DNA of 64,000 nucleotides from Escherichia coli (GTDB lineage Bacteria; Pseudomonadota; Gammaproteobacteria; Enterobacterales; Enterobacteriaceae): NCBI RefSeq assembly GCF_036507355.1, contig NZ_AP027877.1; one strand, 5' to 3'. Shown piece by piece: positions 10,728 to 21,632 of this stretch (position 1 is its first letter; each line of letters starts with the position of its first letter). The notes under the pieces were generated by a model. It saw only the letters and a program-made list of their open reading frames with translations, ran no database searches and was not told where the DNA came from. The position numbers and the translations under genes were made by a program.

Positions 10728-11167
10728 TATGACGCTGCTTGTTTAAAGCTGACTGGTTTTATTGGAATAGTTCAATAGTCAACACCATGCATTATAACGT
10801 AAGTTACTTTTTACCAGAAAACTAATCCATTTAACCGAATATCTCGGCAACTAATAGTTATAAATGCCACTTAACAGCCAGTTATAGTACCACTTGAAAC
10901 TATATTACCAACAATAATTAATAGCTTTCTTAACAATTTTCTTATCTTTAATTTGTATTTTTCTAAGATTTATCTTATGCACACAAGTCGTATTTCAAGA
11001 GGGAAATCGTTAACAATCTTATATTTCCCTCTGAGCGCCTTTCTCACCCGCTGTATATAGTGCAAGTGGTATGAGGAAAGGGAGATTTCACAAGGATGTT
11101 ATACTCAAAGTAGACAATCCTGATCTCAAGCGTACGTATTGTCCATGCGATGAATAAAGGAAAAGTT

Positions 11168-11473
11168 ATGAAACACAAGCTTTCTGCAATCCTTATGGCC
11201 TTCATGTTGACGACGCCAGCTGCGTTTGCTGCCCCTGAAGCAGCAAACGGGACCGAGGCAACGACGGGTACTACTGGCACCACAACGACCACTACCGGTG
11301 CAACCACGACGGCTGCTACCACTGGTGGCGTGGCTGCTGGCGCTGTCGGCACGGCGACAGTTGTCGGTGTGGCAACGGCTGTTGGTGTGGCGACGTTGGC
11401 AGTAGTTGCAGCAAATGACAGTGGCGATGGCGGTTCTCATAACACCTCAACCACCACGTCCACTACGCGCTAA
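11168..11473 (+). CDS. gfcA: Thr-rich inner membrane protein GfcA (YmcD), first gene of group 4 capsule operon
   Basis: ORF 11150..11473; recognised start MKHKLSAILMAFMLTTPAAFA at 11168; long Thr/Gly/Ala/Val low-complexity tract. Confidence 0.88.
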   Translation: MKHKLSAILMAFMLTTPAAFAAPEAANGTEATTGTTGTTTTTTGATTTAATTGGVAAGAVGTATVVGVATAVGVATLAVVAANDSGDGGSHNTSTTTSTTR

Positions 11474-11579
11474 TTCTGCTTAAACGCGTCGAAATTAAAG
11501 TTAAATAATACCCGGTTGCGATATTCGTACCGGGCTTTAGAGATTTGCATTTTTTTAATTAACCTTTCAAGGATTAAAG

Positions 11580-12224
11580 GTGCGCCCTCTTATTTTATCG
11601 ATTTTCGCACTATTTCTTGCGGGATGTACGCACAGCCAGCAAAGTATGGTCGATACATTTCGCGCCAGCCTTTTCGATAATCAGGATATCACCGTAGCGG
11701 ATCAGCAGATCCAGGCGTTGCCTTATTCCACGATGTATTTACGCCTTAATGAAGGGCAACGAATCTTTGTGGTACTGGGATATATAGAACAAGAACAAAG
11801 CAAATGGTTATCCCAGGATAACGCCATGCTGGTTACCCATAATGGACGTCTTTTAAAGACCGTCAAACTTAATAATAATCTGCTGGAAGTGACAAATTCC
11901 GGGCAGGACCCTCTGCGTAACGCGCTGGCAATAAAAGACGGCAGCCGCTGGACGCGCGATATTCTCTGGAGTGAAGACAACCATTTTCGCTCTGCGACCC
12001 TGAGTTCCACTTTTTCCTTTGCTGGATTAGAGACGCTGCATATTGCGGGTCGCGATGTGCTGTGTAATGTCTGGCAGGAAGAGGTGACTTCCACGCTGCC
12101 AGAAAAACAGTGGCAAAACACATTCTGGGTCGATTCGGCTACTGGCCAGGTTCGTCAAAGTCGGCAAATGTTAGGCGCAGGGGTTATTCCCGTAGAAATG
12201 ACGTTTCTTAAACCCGCACCATGA
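11580..12224 (+). CDS. gfcB: Lipoprotein GfcB (YmcC)
   Basis: 214-aa ORF with lipobox LFLAGC. Confidence 0.88.
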   Translation: MRPLILSIFALFLAGCTHSQQSMVDTFRASLFDNQDITVADQQIQALPYSTMYLRLNEGQRIFVVLGYIEQEQSKWLSQDNAMLVTHNGRLLKTVKLNNNLLEVTNSGQDPLRNALAIKDGSRWTRDILWSEDNHFRSATLSSTFSFAGLETLHIAGRDVLCNVWQEEVTSTLPEKQWQNTFWVDSATGQVRQSRQMLGAGVIPVEMTFLKPAP

Positions 12225-12967
12225 ATAAATTACAGTCGTATTTCATTGCCAGCGTACTTTACGTAATGACACCCCATGCCTTTGCGCAAGGAACGGTGAC
12301 TATTTATCTGCCTGGCGAACAACAGACACTTTCCGTTGGCCCCGTGGAAAATGTTGTCCAGTTGGTGACACAACCGCAACTGCGCGATCGCCTCTGGTGG
12401 CCTGGTGCCTTGCTGACCGACTCTGCGGCGAAAGCTAAAGCGCTTAAAGACTACCAACATGTCATGGCACAGCTTGCTTCCTGGGAAGCAGAAGCTGACG
12501 ACGATGTGGCGGCAACGATTAAATCCGTGCGCCAGCAGTTACTCAATCTCAATATCACTGGTCGCTTACCGGTCAAACTGGACCCTGATTTTGTACGAGT
12601 GGATGAGAATAGCAATCCCCCGCTGGTCGGGGACTATACGCTCTATACCGTACAGCGTCCGGTGACTATTACTCTGCTGGGTGCGGTTTCTGGGGCTGGG
12701 CAATTGCCCTGGCAGGCAGGCCGTAGCGTTACCGATTATCTGCAAGATCACCCCCGCCTTGCAGGCGCGGACAAGAATAACGTTATGGTGATTACGCCTG
12801 AGGGTGAGACTGTCGTCGCCCCTGTTGCCCTGTGGAATAAAAGACATGTGGAACCACCGCCTGGCAGCCAGCTTTGGTTAGGCTTTTCTGCGCATGTACT
12901 GCCCGAAAAATATGCTGATTTAAATGACCAGATTGTGTCTGTTTTAACGCAACGTGTTCCTGACTGA
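12221..12967 (+). CDS. gfcC: Periplasmic protein GfcC (YmcB)
   Basis: 248-aa ORF with signal peptide; 4-bp overlap with gfcB. Confidence 0.88.
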   Translation: MNKLQSYFIASVLYVMTPHAFAQGTVTIYLPGEQQTLSVGPVENVVQLVTQPQLRDRLWWPGALLTDSAAKAKALKDYQHVMAQLASWEAEADDDVAATIKSVRQQLLNLNITGRLPVKLDPDFVRVDENSNPPLVGDYTLYTVQRPVTITLLGAVSGAGQLPWQAGRSVTDYLQDHPRLAGADKNNVMVITPEGETVVAPVALWNKRHVEPPPGSQLWLGFSAHVLPEKYADLNDQIVSVLTQRVPD

Positions 12968-15063
12968 TGAAGAAGAATTCTTATCTTTTAAGCTGCCTGG
13001 CCATTGCCGTCTCCAGTGCCTGTCATGCTGAAGTATTAACCTACCCGGATCCGCTGGGTTCGTCGCAATCGGACTTTGGCGGCACAGGATTGTTGCAGAT
13101 GCCAAATGCGCGCATCGCACCGGAAGGTGAATTCAGCGTCAACTACCGGGATAACGATCAATACCGTTTCTACTCCACGTCCGTGGCGCTGTTCCCATGG
13201 CTGGAAGGCACCATTCGTTATACGGATGTGCGCACACGCAAATATAGCCAGTGGGAAGATTTCAGCGGCGATCAGTCATACAAAGACAAATCATTCGATT
13301 TTAAACTTCGCCTGTGGGAAGAAGGTTACTGGCTACCGCAAGTGGCGTTTGGTAAACGTGATATTGCTGGTACGGGTCTGTTTGACGGTGAGTATTTGGT
13401 GGCCAGCAAGCAAGCGGGGCCATTTGATTTCACCCTCGGGATGGCATGGGGCTACGCCGGTAATGCGGGCAATATTACCAACCCGTTTTGCCGGGTGAGC
13501 GATAAATATTGTCATCGCGCAGAGTCTCACGATGCGGGCGATATCAGCTTTAGCGATATCTTTCGTGGCCCGGCCTCCATCTTTGGCGGCATTGAGTATC
13601 AAACGCCGTGGAATCCCCTGCGTCTGAAACTCGAATACGACGGCAACAATTACCAGAATGATTTCGCTGGCAAACTGCCTCAGGCAAGCCATTTCAACGT
13701 CGGTGCAGTTTATCGCGCTGCCAGCTGGGCAGACCTCAACCTGAGTTATGAACGCGGCAACACGTTGATGTTTGGTTTCACTTTACGGACCAATTTCAAC
13801 GATCTGCGCCCTGCCCTGCGCGATACGCCAAAACCGGCATATCAACCTGCGCCTGAATCTGAAGGATTGCAGTACACCACGGTAGCAAACCAACTTACCG
13901 CCCTGAAGTATAACGCGGGCTTTGACGCGCCAGAAATTCAGCTACGCGATAAGACGCTGTATATGTCTGGTCAGCAATACAAATACCGTGACTCTCGTGA
14001 AGCGGTCGATCGTGCCAACCGGATTCTGGTGAATAACCTGCCGCAAGGCGTTGAGAAGATTAGCGTGACGCAAAAGCGCGAGCATATGGCGATGGTGACT
14101 ACCGAAACCGACGTAGCCAGCCTGCGCAAACACCTGGCTGGTACAGCGCCTGGTAAATCAGAGCAACTGCAACAACAACGTGTTGAAGCAGAAGATCTTT
14201 CTGCCTTTGGTCGGGGCTACCGTATTCGTGAAGATCGCTTTAGCTACTCTTTCAACCCAACACTTTCACAATCGCTGGGCGGCCCGGAAGATTTCTATAT
14301 GTTCCAGTTGGGGCTGATGTCCAGCGCCCGCTACTGGTTTACTGACCACCTGCTGCTTGATGGCGGTATTTTCACCAATATTTACAATAACTACGACAAG
14401 TTTAAGTCTTCGCTATTACCCGCGGACTCTACCCTGCCCCGCGTGCGCACGCATATCCGTGATTACGTTCGCAATGACGTTTATCTCAACAACTTGCAGG
14501 CGAACTACTTTGCCGACTTAGGCAATGGTTTCTATGGCCAGGTGTATGGCGGTTATCTGGAAACGATGTACGCCGGTGTCGGTTCCGAGCTGCTTTATCG
14601 CCCGCTAGATGCCAGCTGGGCGCTGGGTGTGGACGTTAACTACGTGAAGCAACGTGACTGGGACAACATGATGCGCTTCACCGATTATTCCACACCCACA
14701 GGTTTCGTGACGGCTTACTGGAACCCGCCGACGCTCAATGGCGTACTGATGAAACTTAGCGTTGGGCAATATCTGGCAAAAGATAAAGGCGCAACGATCG
14801 ACGTCGCCAAACGCTTTGACAGCGGCGTGGCGGTAGGGGTATGGGCGGCAATCAGTAACGTATCTAAAGATGACTACGGCGAAGGCGGCTTTAGTAAAGG
14901 TTTTTATATCTCGATTCCGTTCGACTTGATGACCATTGGACCTAACCGCAACCGCGCGGTGGTTTCGTGGACACCATTGACGCGTGATGGTGGACAAATG
15001 CTGTCACGCAAATACCAGCTCTATCCAATGACGGCAGAGCGAGAAGTACCGGTTGGACAATAA
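12967..15063 (+). CDS. gfcD: Outer membrane protein GfcD (YmcA)
   Basis: 698-aa ORF with signal peptide; directly abuts gfcC. Confidence 0.88.
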   Translation: MKKNSYLLSCLAIAVSSACHAEVLTYPDPLGSSQSDFGGTGLLQMPNARIAPEGEFSVNYRDNDQYRFYSTSVALFPWLEGTIRYTDVRTRKYSQWEDFSGDQSYKDKSFDFKLRLWEEGYWLPQVAFGKRDIAGTGLFDGEYLVASKQAGPFDFTLGMAWGYAGNAGNITNPFCRVSDKYCHRAESHDAGDISFSDIFRGPASIFGGIEYQTPWNPLRLKLEYDGNNYQNDFAGKLPQASHFNVGAVYRAASWADLNLSYERGNTLMFGFTLRTNFNDLRPALRDTPKPAYQPAPESEGLQYTTVANQLTALKYNAGFDAPEIQLRDKTLYMSGQQYKYRDSREAVDRANRILVNNLPQGVEKISVTQKREHMAMVTTETDVASLRKHLAGTAPGKSEQLQQQRVEAEDLSAFGRGYRIREDRFSYSFNPTLSQSLGGPEDFYMFQLGLMSSARYWFTDHLLLDGGIFTNIYNNYDKFKSSLLPADSTLPRVRTHIRDYVRNDVYLNNLQANYFADLGNGFYGQVYGGYLETMYAGVGSELLYRPLDASWALGVDVNYVKQRDWDNMMRFTDYSTPTGFVTAYWNPPTLNGVLMKLSVGQYLAKDKGATIDVAKRFDSGVAVGVWAAISNVSKDDYGEGGFSKGFYISIPFDLMTIGPNRNRAVVSWTPLTRDGGQMLSRKYQLYPMTAEREVPVGQ

Positions 15064-15108
15064 CCTGACGTAATTCATAACATTACATTGACTGATAAAT
15101 ATAAACCA

Positions 15109-16248
15109 ATGAAAAAGAACATTTTTAAGTTTTCGGTACTGACATTGGCTGTTCTGTCTTTGACAGCATGTACCCTTGTTCCTGGTCAGAATTTATCGAC
15201 CAGTAACAAGGATGTCATTGAACTACCTGACAATCAGTATGACCTGGACAAAATGGTCAATATCTATCCCGTCACGCCAGGATTGATTGATCAGTTGCGC
15301 GCCAAACCGATTATGTCGCAGGCTAACCCGGAGCTGGAGCAGCAAATCGCGAACTATGAATATCGTATCGGCATTGGTGATGTGTTGATGGTTACGGTCT
15401 GGGATCACCCGGAACTAACCACCCCCGCAGGGCAATACCGTAGCGCCAGTGATACTGGCAACTGGGTTAACGCCGATGGTGCGATTTTCTACCCCTATAT
15501 TGGTCGCCTGAAAGTGGCCGGGAAAACACTTACCCAGGTACGCAACGAGATTACAGCGCGTCTCGATTCAGTCATTGAAAGCCCGCAGGTCGATGTCAGC
15601 GTCGCGGCGTTCCGATCGCAAAAAGCGTACGTCACCGGCGAAGTCAGCAAATCGGGTCAGCAGCCGATTACCAATATTCCTCTGACCATCATGGATGCGA
15701 TTAACGCCGCGGGCGGTCTGACCGCAGATGCAGACTGGCGCAATGTGGTGCTCACCCAGAATGGCGTAAAGACCAAAGTGAACCTCTATGCGCTGATGCA
15801 GCGTGGCGACTTGCGCCAGAACAAACTGCTGCACCCGGGCGATATTTTATTTATTCCGCGCAACGATGATCTGAAAGTCTTCGTGATGGGTGAAGTGGGT
15901 AAACAGAGCACGCTGAAAATGGACCGCAGCGGTATGACCCTGGCGGAAGCGCTGGGTAACGCTGAGGGTATGAATCAGGATGTCGCTGATGCGACGGGGA
16001 TTTTTGTTATTCGTGCAACGCAAAACAAGCAGAATGGCAAAATCGCCAATATTTATCAGCTGAATGCGAAGGACGCATCGGCAATGATACTCGGAACGGA
16101 ATTCCAGCTTGAACCTTACGACATTGTTTATGTCACTACCGCGCCGCTGGCTCGTTGGAACCGTGTGATTTCCCTGCTGGTACCGACGATTTCCGGGGTG
16201 CATGACCTGACAGAGACTTCACGGTGGATTCAAACATGGCCCAACTAA
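15109..16248 (+). CDS. gfcE: Wza-like outer membrane polysaccharide export lipoprotein GfcE (YccZ)
   Basis: ORF 15088..16248; recognised start [21 protein letters not shown] (lipobox) at 15109, 379 aa. Confidence 0.9.
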
Positions 16249-16682
16249 AATTTAACTCAATCCTGGTGGTTTGTACCGGCAACATTTGCCGTTCGCCCAT
16301 TGGCGAGCGCTTGCTGCGTAAACGTCTGCCAGGCGTAAAAGTCAAATCGGCAGGTGTTCATGGTCTGGTAAAACACCCTGCAGATGCGACAGCAGCAGAT
16401 GTTGCCGCTAATCATGGCGTATCTCTTGAAGGACATGCCGGACGTAAGCTCACTGCTGAGATGGCACGAAATTACGATCTGATTCTGGCAATGGAGTCGG
16501 AACATATTGCTCAGGTTACCGCAATCGCTCCCGAGGTCCGCGGGAAGACAATGCTGTTTGGGCAATGGCTGGAACAGAAAGAGATCCCGGATCCCTATCG
16601 TAAAAGTCAGGACGCATTTGAACATGTCTACGGTATGTTGGAGCGCGCCAGTCAGGAATGGGCGAAGCGCCTCAGCCGGTAA
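16236..16682 (+). CDS. etp: Low-molecular-weight protein-tyrosine phosphatase Etp
   Basis: ORF 16224..16682; recognised start [24 protein letters not shown] (CX5R P-loop) at 16236. Confidence 0.92.
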
Positions 16683-16701
16683 TTTGAGTTTATAAAATAC
16701 G

Positions 16702-18882
16702 ATGACAACTAAAAATATGAATACGCCACCAGGCAGCACTCAGGAAAATGAGATCGATCTGCTTCGTCTGGTCGGCGAGTTATGGGATCACCGTAAGTTT
16801 ATTATCAGCGTGACCGCGTTATTCACACTGATCGCTGTCGCTTACTCGCTGTTAAGCACGCCAATTTATCAGGCAGATACTCTGGTCCAGGTTGAGCAGA
16901 AACAGGGCAACGCCATTCTCAGCGGCCTGAGCGATATGATCCCTAACTCATCGCCCGAGTCTGCACCGGAGATCCAACTGCTGCAATCGCGCATGATTCT
17001 CGGTAAAACCATTGCTGAACTGAATCTGCGCGACATGGTTGAGCAAAAGTATTTTCCGATTGTGGGTCGCGGCTGGGCGAGATTAACCAAAGAGAAACCA
17101 GGTGAGCTGGCGATCAGCTGGATGCATATTCCACAACTGAATGGTCAGGATCAGCAACTGACACTCACGGTTGGGGAAAACGGCCACTATACGCTGGAAG
17201 GTGAAGAGTTCACCGTCAACGGTATGGTCGGCCAGCGTCTGGAAAAAGATGGCGTTGCGCTGACTATCGCGGATATTAAGGCCAAACCAGGAACACAGTT
17301 TGTCCTGAGCCAACGTACCGAACTGGAAGCGATTAACGCGTTGCAGGAAACCTTTACCGTTAGCGAACGCAGTAAAGAAAGCGGGATGCTGGAACTTACC
17401 ATGACCGGTGATGATCCCCAGTTGATTACCCGTATACTGAACAGCATCGCTAACAACTATTTGCAACAGAATATCGCTCGCCAGGCGGCGCAGGATTCAC
17501 AAAGCCTTGAATTCTTACAGCGCCAGTTGCCTGAAGTGCGCAGCGAGCTGGACCAGGCGGAAGAAAAACTCAACGTTTATCGCCAGCAGCGCGATTCGGT
17601 TGACCTTAACCTGGAAGCCAAAGCCGTTCTTGAGCAGATTGTGAACGTTGATAATCAACTCAATGAGCTGACCTTCCGCGAGGCAGAGATCTCCCAGCTG
17701 TATAAGAAAGATCACCCAACTTATCGTGCGCTGCTGGAAAAACGCCAGACGCTGGAGCAAGAACGCAAACGCCTGAATAAGCGGGTATCGGCAATGCCTT
17801 CCACCCAACAGGAAGTGTTGCGTTTAAGTCGTGACGTAGAAGCGGGCCGTGCGGTATATCTGCAATTACTTAACCGCCAGCAGGAGTTGAGTATTTCGAA
17901 ATCCAGTGCGATTGGTAACGTGCGGATTATCGACCCGGCAGTCACTCAGCCGCAGCCAGTGAAACCGAAAAAAGCGTTGAATGTGGTGCTTGGTTTTATT
18001 CTTGGCCTGTTTATTTCGGTGGGTGTCGTGCTGGCGCGTGCGATGTTGCGTCGTGGTGTAGAAGCCCCGGAACAACTGGAAGAGCACGGCATCAGCGTTT
18101 ATGCCACCATCCCGATGTCCGAGTGGCTGGATAAACGTACCCGTCTGCGTAAGAAAAATTTATTTTCTAATCAGCAGCGCCATCGTACTAAAAATATCCC
18201 CTTCCTTGCGGTGGATAACCCGGCGGATTCTGCTGTGGAAGCCGTACGTGCGCTACGAACCAGTCTGCATTTCGCTATGATGGAGACTGAGAATAACATT
18301 CTGATGATCACCGGTGCGACGCCAGACAGTGGTAAAACATTTGTCAGTTCAACTCTGGCTGCGGTGATCGCCCAGTCCGATCAAAAAGTGTTATTTATTG
18401 ATGCCGACTTACGCCGTGGTTATTCGCATAACCTGTTTACCGTGAGTAATGAACATGGCTTGTCGGAATATCTGGCAGGTAAAGATGAGCTCAACAAAGT
18501 GATCCAGCATTTTGGCAAAGGAGGCTTTGATGTGATTACTCGCGGTCAGGTGCCACCTAACCCGTCTGAACTGCTGATGCGCGATCGGATGCGTCAATTA
18601 CTGGAATGGGCGAACGACCATTACGATCTGGTGATTGTTGATACGCCGCCGATGCTGGCGGTGAGCGATGCTGCGGTCGTGGGGCGCTCTGTCGGCACCA
18701 GCCTGCTGGTTGCGCGTTTTGGCTTGAACACCGCCAAAGAGGTGAGCTTGTCAATGCAGCGTCTGGAACAGGCTGGCGTTAATATTAAAGGCGCAATCCT
18801 CAATGGTGTGATTAAACGCGCCAGCACCGCTTACAGTTACGGCTATAACTATTACGGTTATAGTTACTCCGAGAAAGAGTAA
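16702..18882 (+). CDS. etk: BY-kinase (tyrosine autokinase) Etk, Wzc-like
   Basis: 726-aa ORF; Walker A GATPDSGKT; C-terminal Tyr cluster YSYGYNYYGYSY. Confidence 0.93.
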   Translation: MTTKNMNTPPGSTQENEIDLLRLVGELWDHRKFIISVTALFTLIAVAYSLLSTPIYQADTLVQVEQKQGNAILSGLSDMIPNSSPESAPEIQLLQSRMILGKTIAELNLRDMVEQKYFPIVGRGWARLTKEKPGELAISWMHIPQLNGQDQQLTLTVGENGHYTLEGEEFTVNGMVGQRLEKDGVALTIADIKAKPGTQFVLSQRTELEAINALQETFTVSERSKESGMLELTMTGDDPQLITRILNSIANNYLQQNIARQAAQDSQSLEFLQRQLPEVRSELDQAEEKLNVYRQQRDSVDLNLEAKAVLEQIVNVDNQLNELTFREAEISQLYKKDHPTYRALLEKRQTLEQERKRLNKRVSAMPSTQQEVLRLSRDVEAGRAVYLQLLNRQQELSISKSSAIGNVRIIDPAVTQPQPVKPKKALNVVLGFILGLFISVGVVLARAMLRRGVEAPEQLEEHGISVYATIPMSEWLDKRTRLRKKNLFSNQQRHRTKNIPFLAVDNPADSAVEAVRALRTSLHFAMMETENNILMITGATPDSGKTFVSSTLAAVIAQSDQKVLFIDADLRRGYSHNLFTVSNEHGLSEYLAGKDELNKVIQHFGKGGFDVITRGQVPPNPSELLMRDRMRQLLEWANDHYDLVIVDTPPMLAVSDAAVVGRSVGTSLLVARFGLNTAKEVSLSMQRLEQAGVNIKGAILNGVIKRASTAYSYGYNYYGYSYSEKE

Positions 18883-18898
18883 AACTGAAGGTAAAGTG

Positions 18899-18933
18899 AC
18901 CGGATGCGGCGTGAACGCCTTTTCCGGTCTACG
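18899..18933. repeat. REP (repetitive extragenic palindromic) element
   Basis: ACCGGATGCGGCGTGAACGCCTTTTCCGGTCTACG resembles E. coli REP consensus GCCGGATGCGGCGTGAACGCCTTATCCGGCCTACG. Confidence 0.75.
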
Positions 18934-18965
18934 CATTAGACAGTTCTTCGTTTGTCATCAGCCTC

Positions 18966-18996
18966 AGAGCATTCAGGTAGCTGAATGCTCTTTTTT
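18966..18996. terminator. Rho-independent terminator between convergent etk and appA
   Basis: Hairpin AGAGCATTCAGGTAGCTGAATGCTCT followed by TTTTTT. Confidence 0.75.
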
Positions 18997-19001
18997 ATGC
19001 A

Positions 19002-20300
19002 TTACAAACTGCACGCCGGTATGCGTGCTTCATTCACAATTTGCGTAAAACCGGCCAACGAACACATGCCCTGCGCATTTCGCTCTTCACATCCTGCCAG
19101 GGTCAGTTTCACCTCTCCGGGCGGCGTATTTAATGACAGCGGCGTTTTATCACGCATCTGCTGTAAAGTCTGGAAGACCAGCGAAACCTGAATCCACTGG
19201 CTGTTATCGCTTAGCCGACGCCAGCGTTCAAACACCAGTTCACCACCTGGCGGCGTGTTATCCGGCTGACCTGGAAGCGTCCAGTTGAGCTCCAGTGCGC
19301 CGCCGAGATTTGCCAGATTAGTATCGTGTCCGGCGATAAACAGCACTGAAGTGGGTAATGTCACACCATACGCCTGTTTTTGCGGTGGATGGGGCGTCAA
19401 CGCTGTCATGATCAAATCCAACAACGGGGTGGCGCGGCTGCGGGCAACCTCTGGCGTGCGTTGTAGTAAATAAAATTGCGCGTTATGCAAACTTAGCAAC
19501 GTGTTCCACTGGTGTGAATCAGTGATCCTTCCCCACCCCGGCTCCGGCATTCCCTGTGCCTGTTGCAGGAGAAATATCTCCGTCAGCATTGATGCGAGGC
19601 TTACCGCACCGGTTAATGAGACATTGTCGGCGCTCACCTTGAGTTCCGATGGTAATGCCTGCGTTAATGAACAGCTTTCGTCCTGTTTCTCACGGTTAAG
19701 GCACAAGTTTGATTGCGGGAAATTAAGCACCCGTTCCAGTTCGCGAAACGCCGTTTGCCGATGCCCGGTAAAGTCAGCAATTGACCCTCCTGCCCTGCTG
19801 AGGATCGCGTCAGTCACGTTCGCGTTATCCAGTTGGCAAACGCCAGTTTTTAGAGGATTAAATAACGGATCGGGACTGGACGTATCTGCCTGGGTATGTA
19901 CGGTTATTGCACAGTCAGGTGCCAGCCCGGCGGCGAAGGCTTCGCCTGTTTTACGGGTACGCTCGTCGACATCAGCAATAATCGCGACCTGACCAGACTG
20001 CGGGCAGCCCTTTTTCGCCAGCAATCCGTCGGCTACCAGACGCTGGCGTTGGTAATGTCCGAGATAGGCGATTAGCTCACCACCGCGCGGTGTCAGCCAA
20101 CCCAGTTTTACCGGCCAGGTTGGCCATGCGTCTGGGGTGACATCCTGCATCAGTTGCGTGGCCTTGGTTGGTGCACGCACACCATGACGACTGACAATCA
20201 CCACACTTTCCAGCTTCAGCTCCGGCTCACTCTGAGCGAATGTAGATTGCGGGGTTAACGGAATCAGAAGAGATAAAAATGGGAGCAAGATCGCTTTCAT
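19002..20300 (-). CDS. appA: Periplasmic phosphoanhydride phosphatase / phytase AppA
   Basis: ORF 19002..20330; recognised start MKAILLPFLSLLIPLTPQSTFA at 20300; histidine acid phosphatase motif RHGVRAP. Confidence 0.93.
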   Translation of the reverse strand: MKAILLPFLSLLIPLTPQSTFAQSEPELKLESVVIVSRHGVRAPTKATQLMQDVTPDAWPTWPVKLGWLTPRGGELIAYLGHYQRQRLVADGLLAKKGCPQSGQVAIIADVDERTRKTGEAFAAGLAPDCAITVHTQADTSSPDPLFNPLKTGVCQLDNANVTDAILSRAGGSIADFTGHRQTAFRELERVLNFPQSNLCLNREKQDESCSLTQALPSELKVSADNVSLTGAVSLASMLTEIFLLQQAQGMPEPGWGRITDSHQWNTLLSLHNAQFYLLQRTPEVARSRATPLLDLIMTALTPHPPQKQAYGVTLPTSVLFIAGHDTNLANLGGALELNWTLPGQPDNTPPGGELVFERWRRLSDNSQWIQVSLVFQTLQQMRDKTPLSLNTPPGEVKLTLAGCEERNAQGMCSLAGFTQIVNEARIPACSL

Positions 20301-20379
20301 CGATATGTTTCCGCTTTTCATATCCGACATTATTGATTGCCTGATGCGACGCTAATACGCCACATCAGACTTACGTTCG

Positions 20380-20472
20380 TTAACTTTTCAATCGCGGGTC
20401 CAGCCATACCAACACAAGGGTGGAGAGCGAACACATCAACAAAATGCCGACGAACCAAAGTAAATACCACAT
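20380..20472 (-). CDS. appX: Small membrane protein AppX (YccB), 30 aa, cytochrome bd-II accessory
   Basis: Reverse translation MWYLLWFVGILLMCSLSTLVLVWLDPRLKS between appB and appA; not in ORF track (too short). Confidence 0.85.
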   Translation of the reverse strand: MWYLLWFVGILLMCSLSTLVLVWLDPRLKS

Positions 20473-20484
20473 TGTTCCTGCTCC

Positions 20485-21621
20485 TTAGTACAGCTCGTTT
20501 TCGTTACGGCGGAGAGTTTCTGTCGTCATGCGTCCCCACATTTTGTAGTAGCTCCAGAGAGTGTAGAGCAACACAATGGGCAAAAATATCAGCACGATTA
20601 CCAACATAATGCTCAGCGTCAGCTGACTGGAAGTGCTGTCCCACAACGTCAGGCTGGAGATTGGACTCACGCTTGACGGCATGACAAAGGGGAACAGCGT
20701 GATGCCTGCCGTGAAAATCACGCCAAATTGCATCAATGACGCCATCAAAAATCCCCAACCCGGGCGACCACGATAAATCGCCATCACCGTCAGCAATGGG
20801 CAGAAGAACCCCAGCAGCGGGAAGATCCACAAAACGGGCGATTCGACGAAATTATTCATCCAGGCACCAGGTAGCACTGCCACCAGTTTCATTAACGGAT
20901 TGGAAGGACCGTTAGCATCCTGGGCGAGCAGTACAAAGCCATCAATACCGACCCACAGCCAGTAACCCGCCAGCAAAAAGCACAGCATCACCAACAGTGC
21001 AGCGCGTTTAGTCGCCAGCTGTGAACGCAGATGAATCACACCAACAGTTTTCAGTTGTAACCAGACGCCACCTTGCAAAATCACCATCCCAAGGCTGAGC
21101 AATCCGCACAATAAAGGGAATGGCGTCAGCAGTTGCCAGAAGCTGCCGAGATACTCCACGCGTAATTGCGGTGTGAAGGCAAACGGCACGCCGAGCAACA
21201 AGTTGCCGAAGGCGATACCGAAGACTACCGGCGGCACCAGACTGCCGATGACCAGACCGGCATCCCACATTTTACGCCAGCGTGCATCGGCGATTTTTCC
21301 GCGATAATCAAAGGCCAGCGGGCGGAAGAACAGCGAGCACAGCACCAGGATCATCGCCACATAAAAGCCGGAAAACGCCGCTGCATACACTCTGGGCCAG
21401 GCGGCAAATAATGCCCCACCTGCGAGGATCAACCAGACCTGATTGCCTTCCCAGTGCGCACCAACGCTATTAATCACTATCCGGCGTTCATCATCATTAC
21501 GCGCCACCAGCGGCAGCAAACAGCCGATCCCCATGTCAAATCCGTCGGAGATCATAAAGACCACCAGGATCACGCCAATCAGCAGCCACCAGATGAAGCG
21601 CAATGTTTCATAATCAAACAT
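20485..21621 (-). CDS. appB: Cytochrome bd-II oxidase subunit II AppB
   Basis: 378-aa polytopic membrane ORF directly downstream of appC. Confidence 0.93.
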
Positions 21622-21632
21622 GATTTTCTCCT

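Noticed and set aside
11044-11440. Minus-strand ORFs 11044..11352 and 11126..11440 overlapping gfcA
   Set aside because: Artefacts of the repetitive Thr/Gly/Ala-coding tract of gfcA, which lacks stops on the opposite strand.
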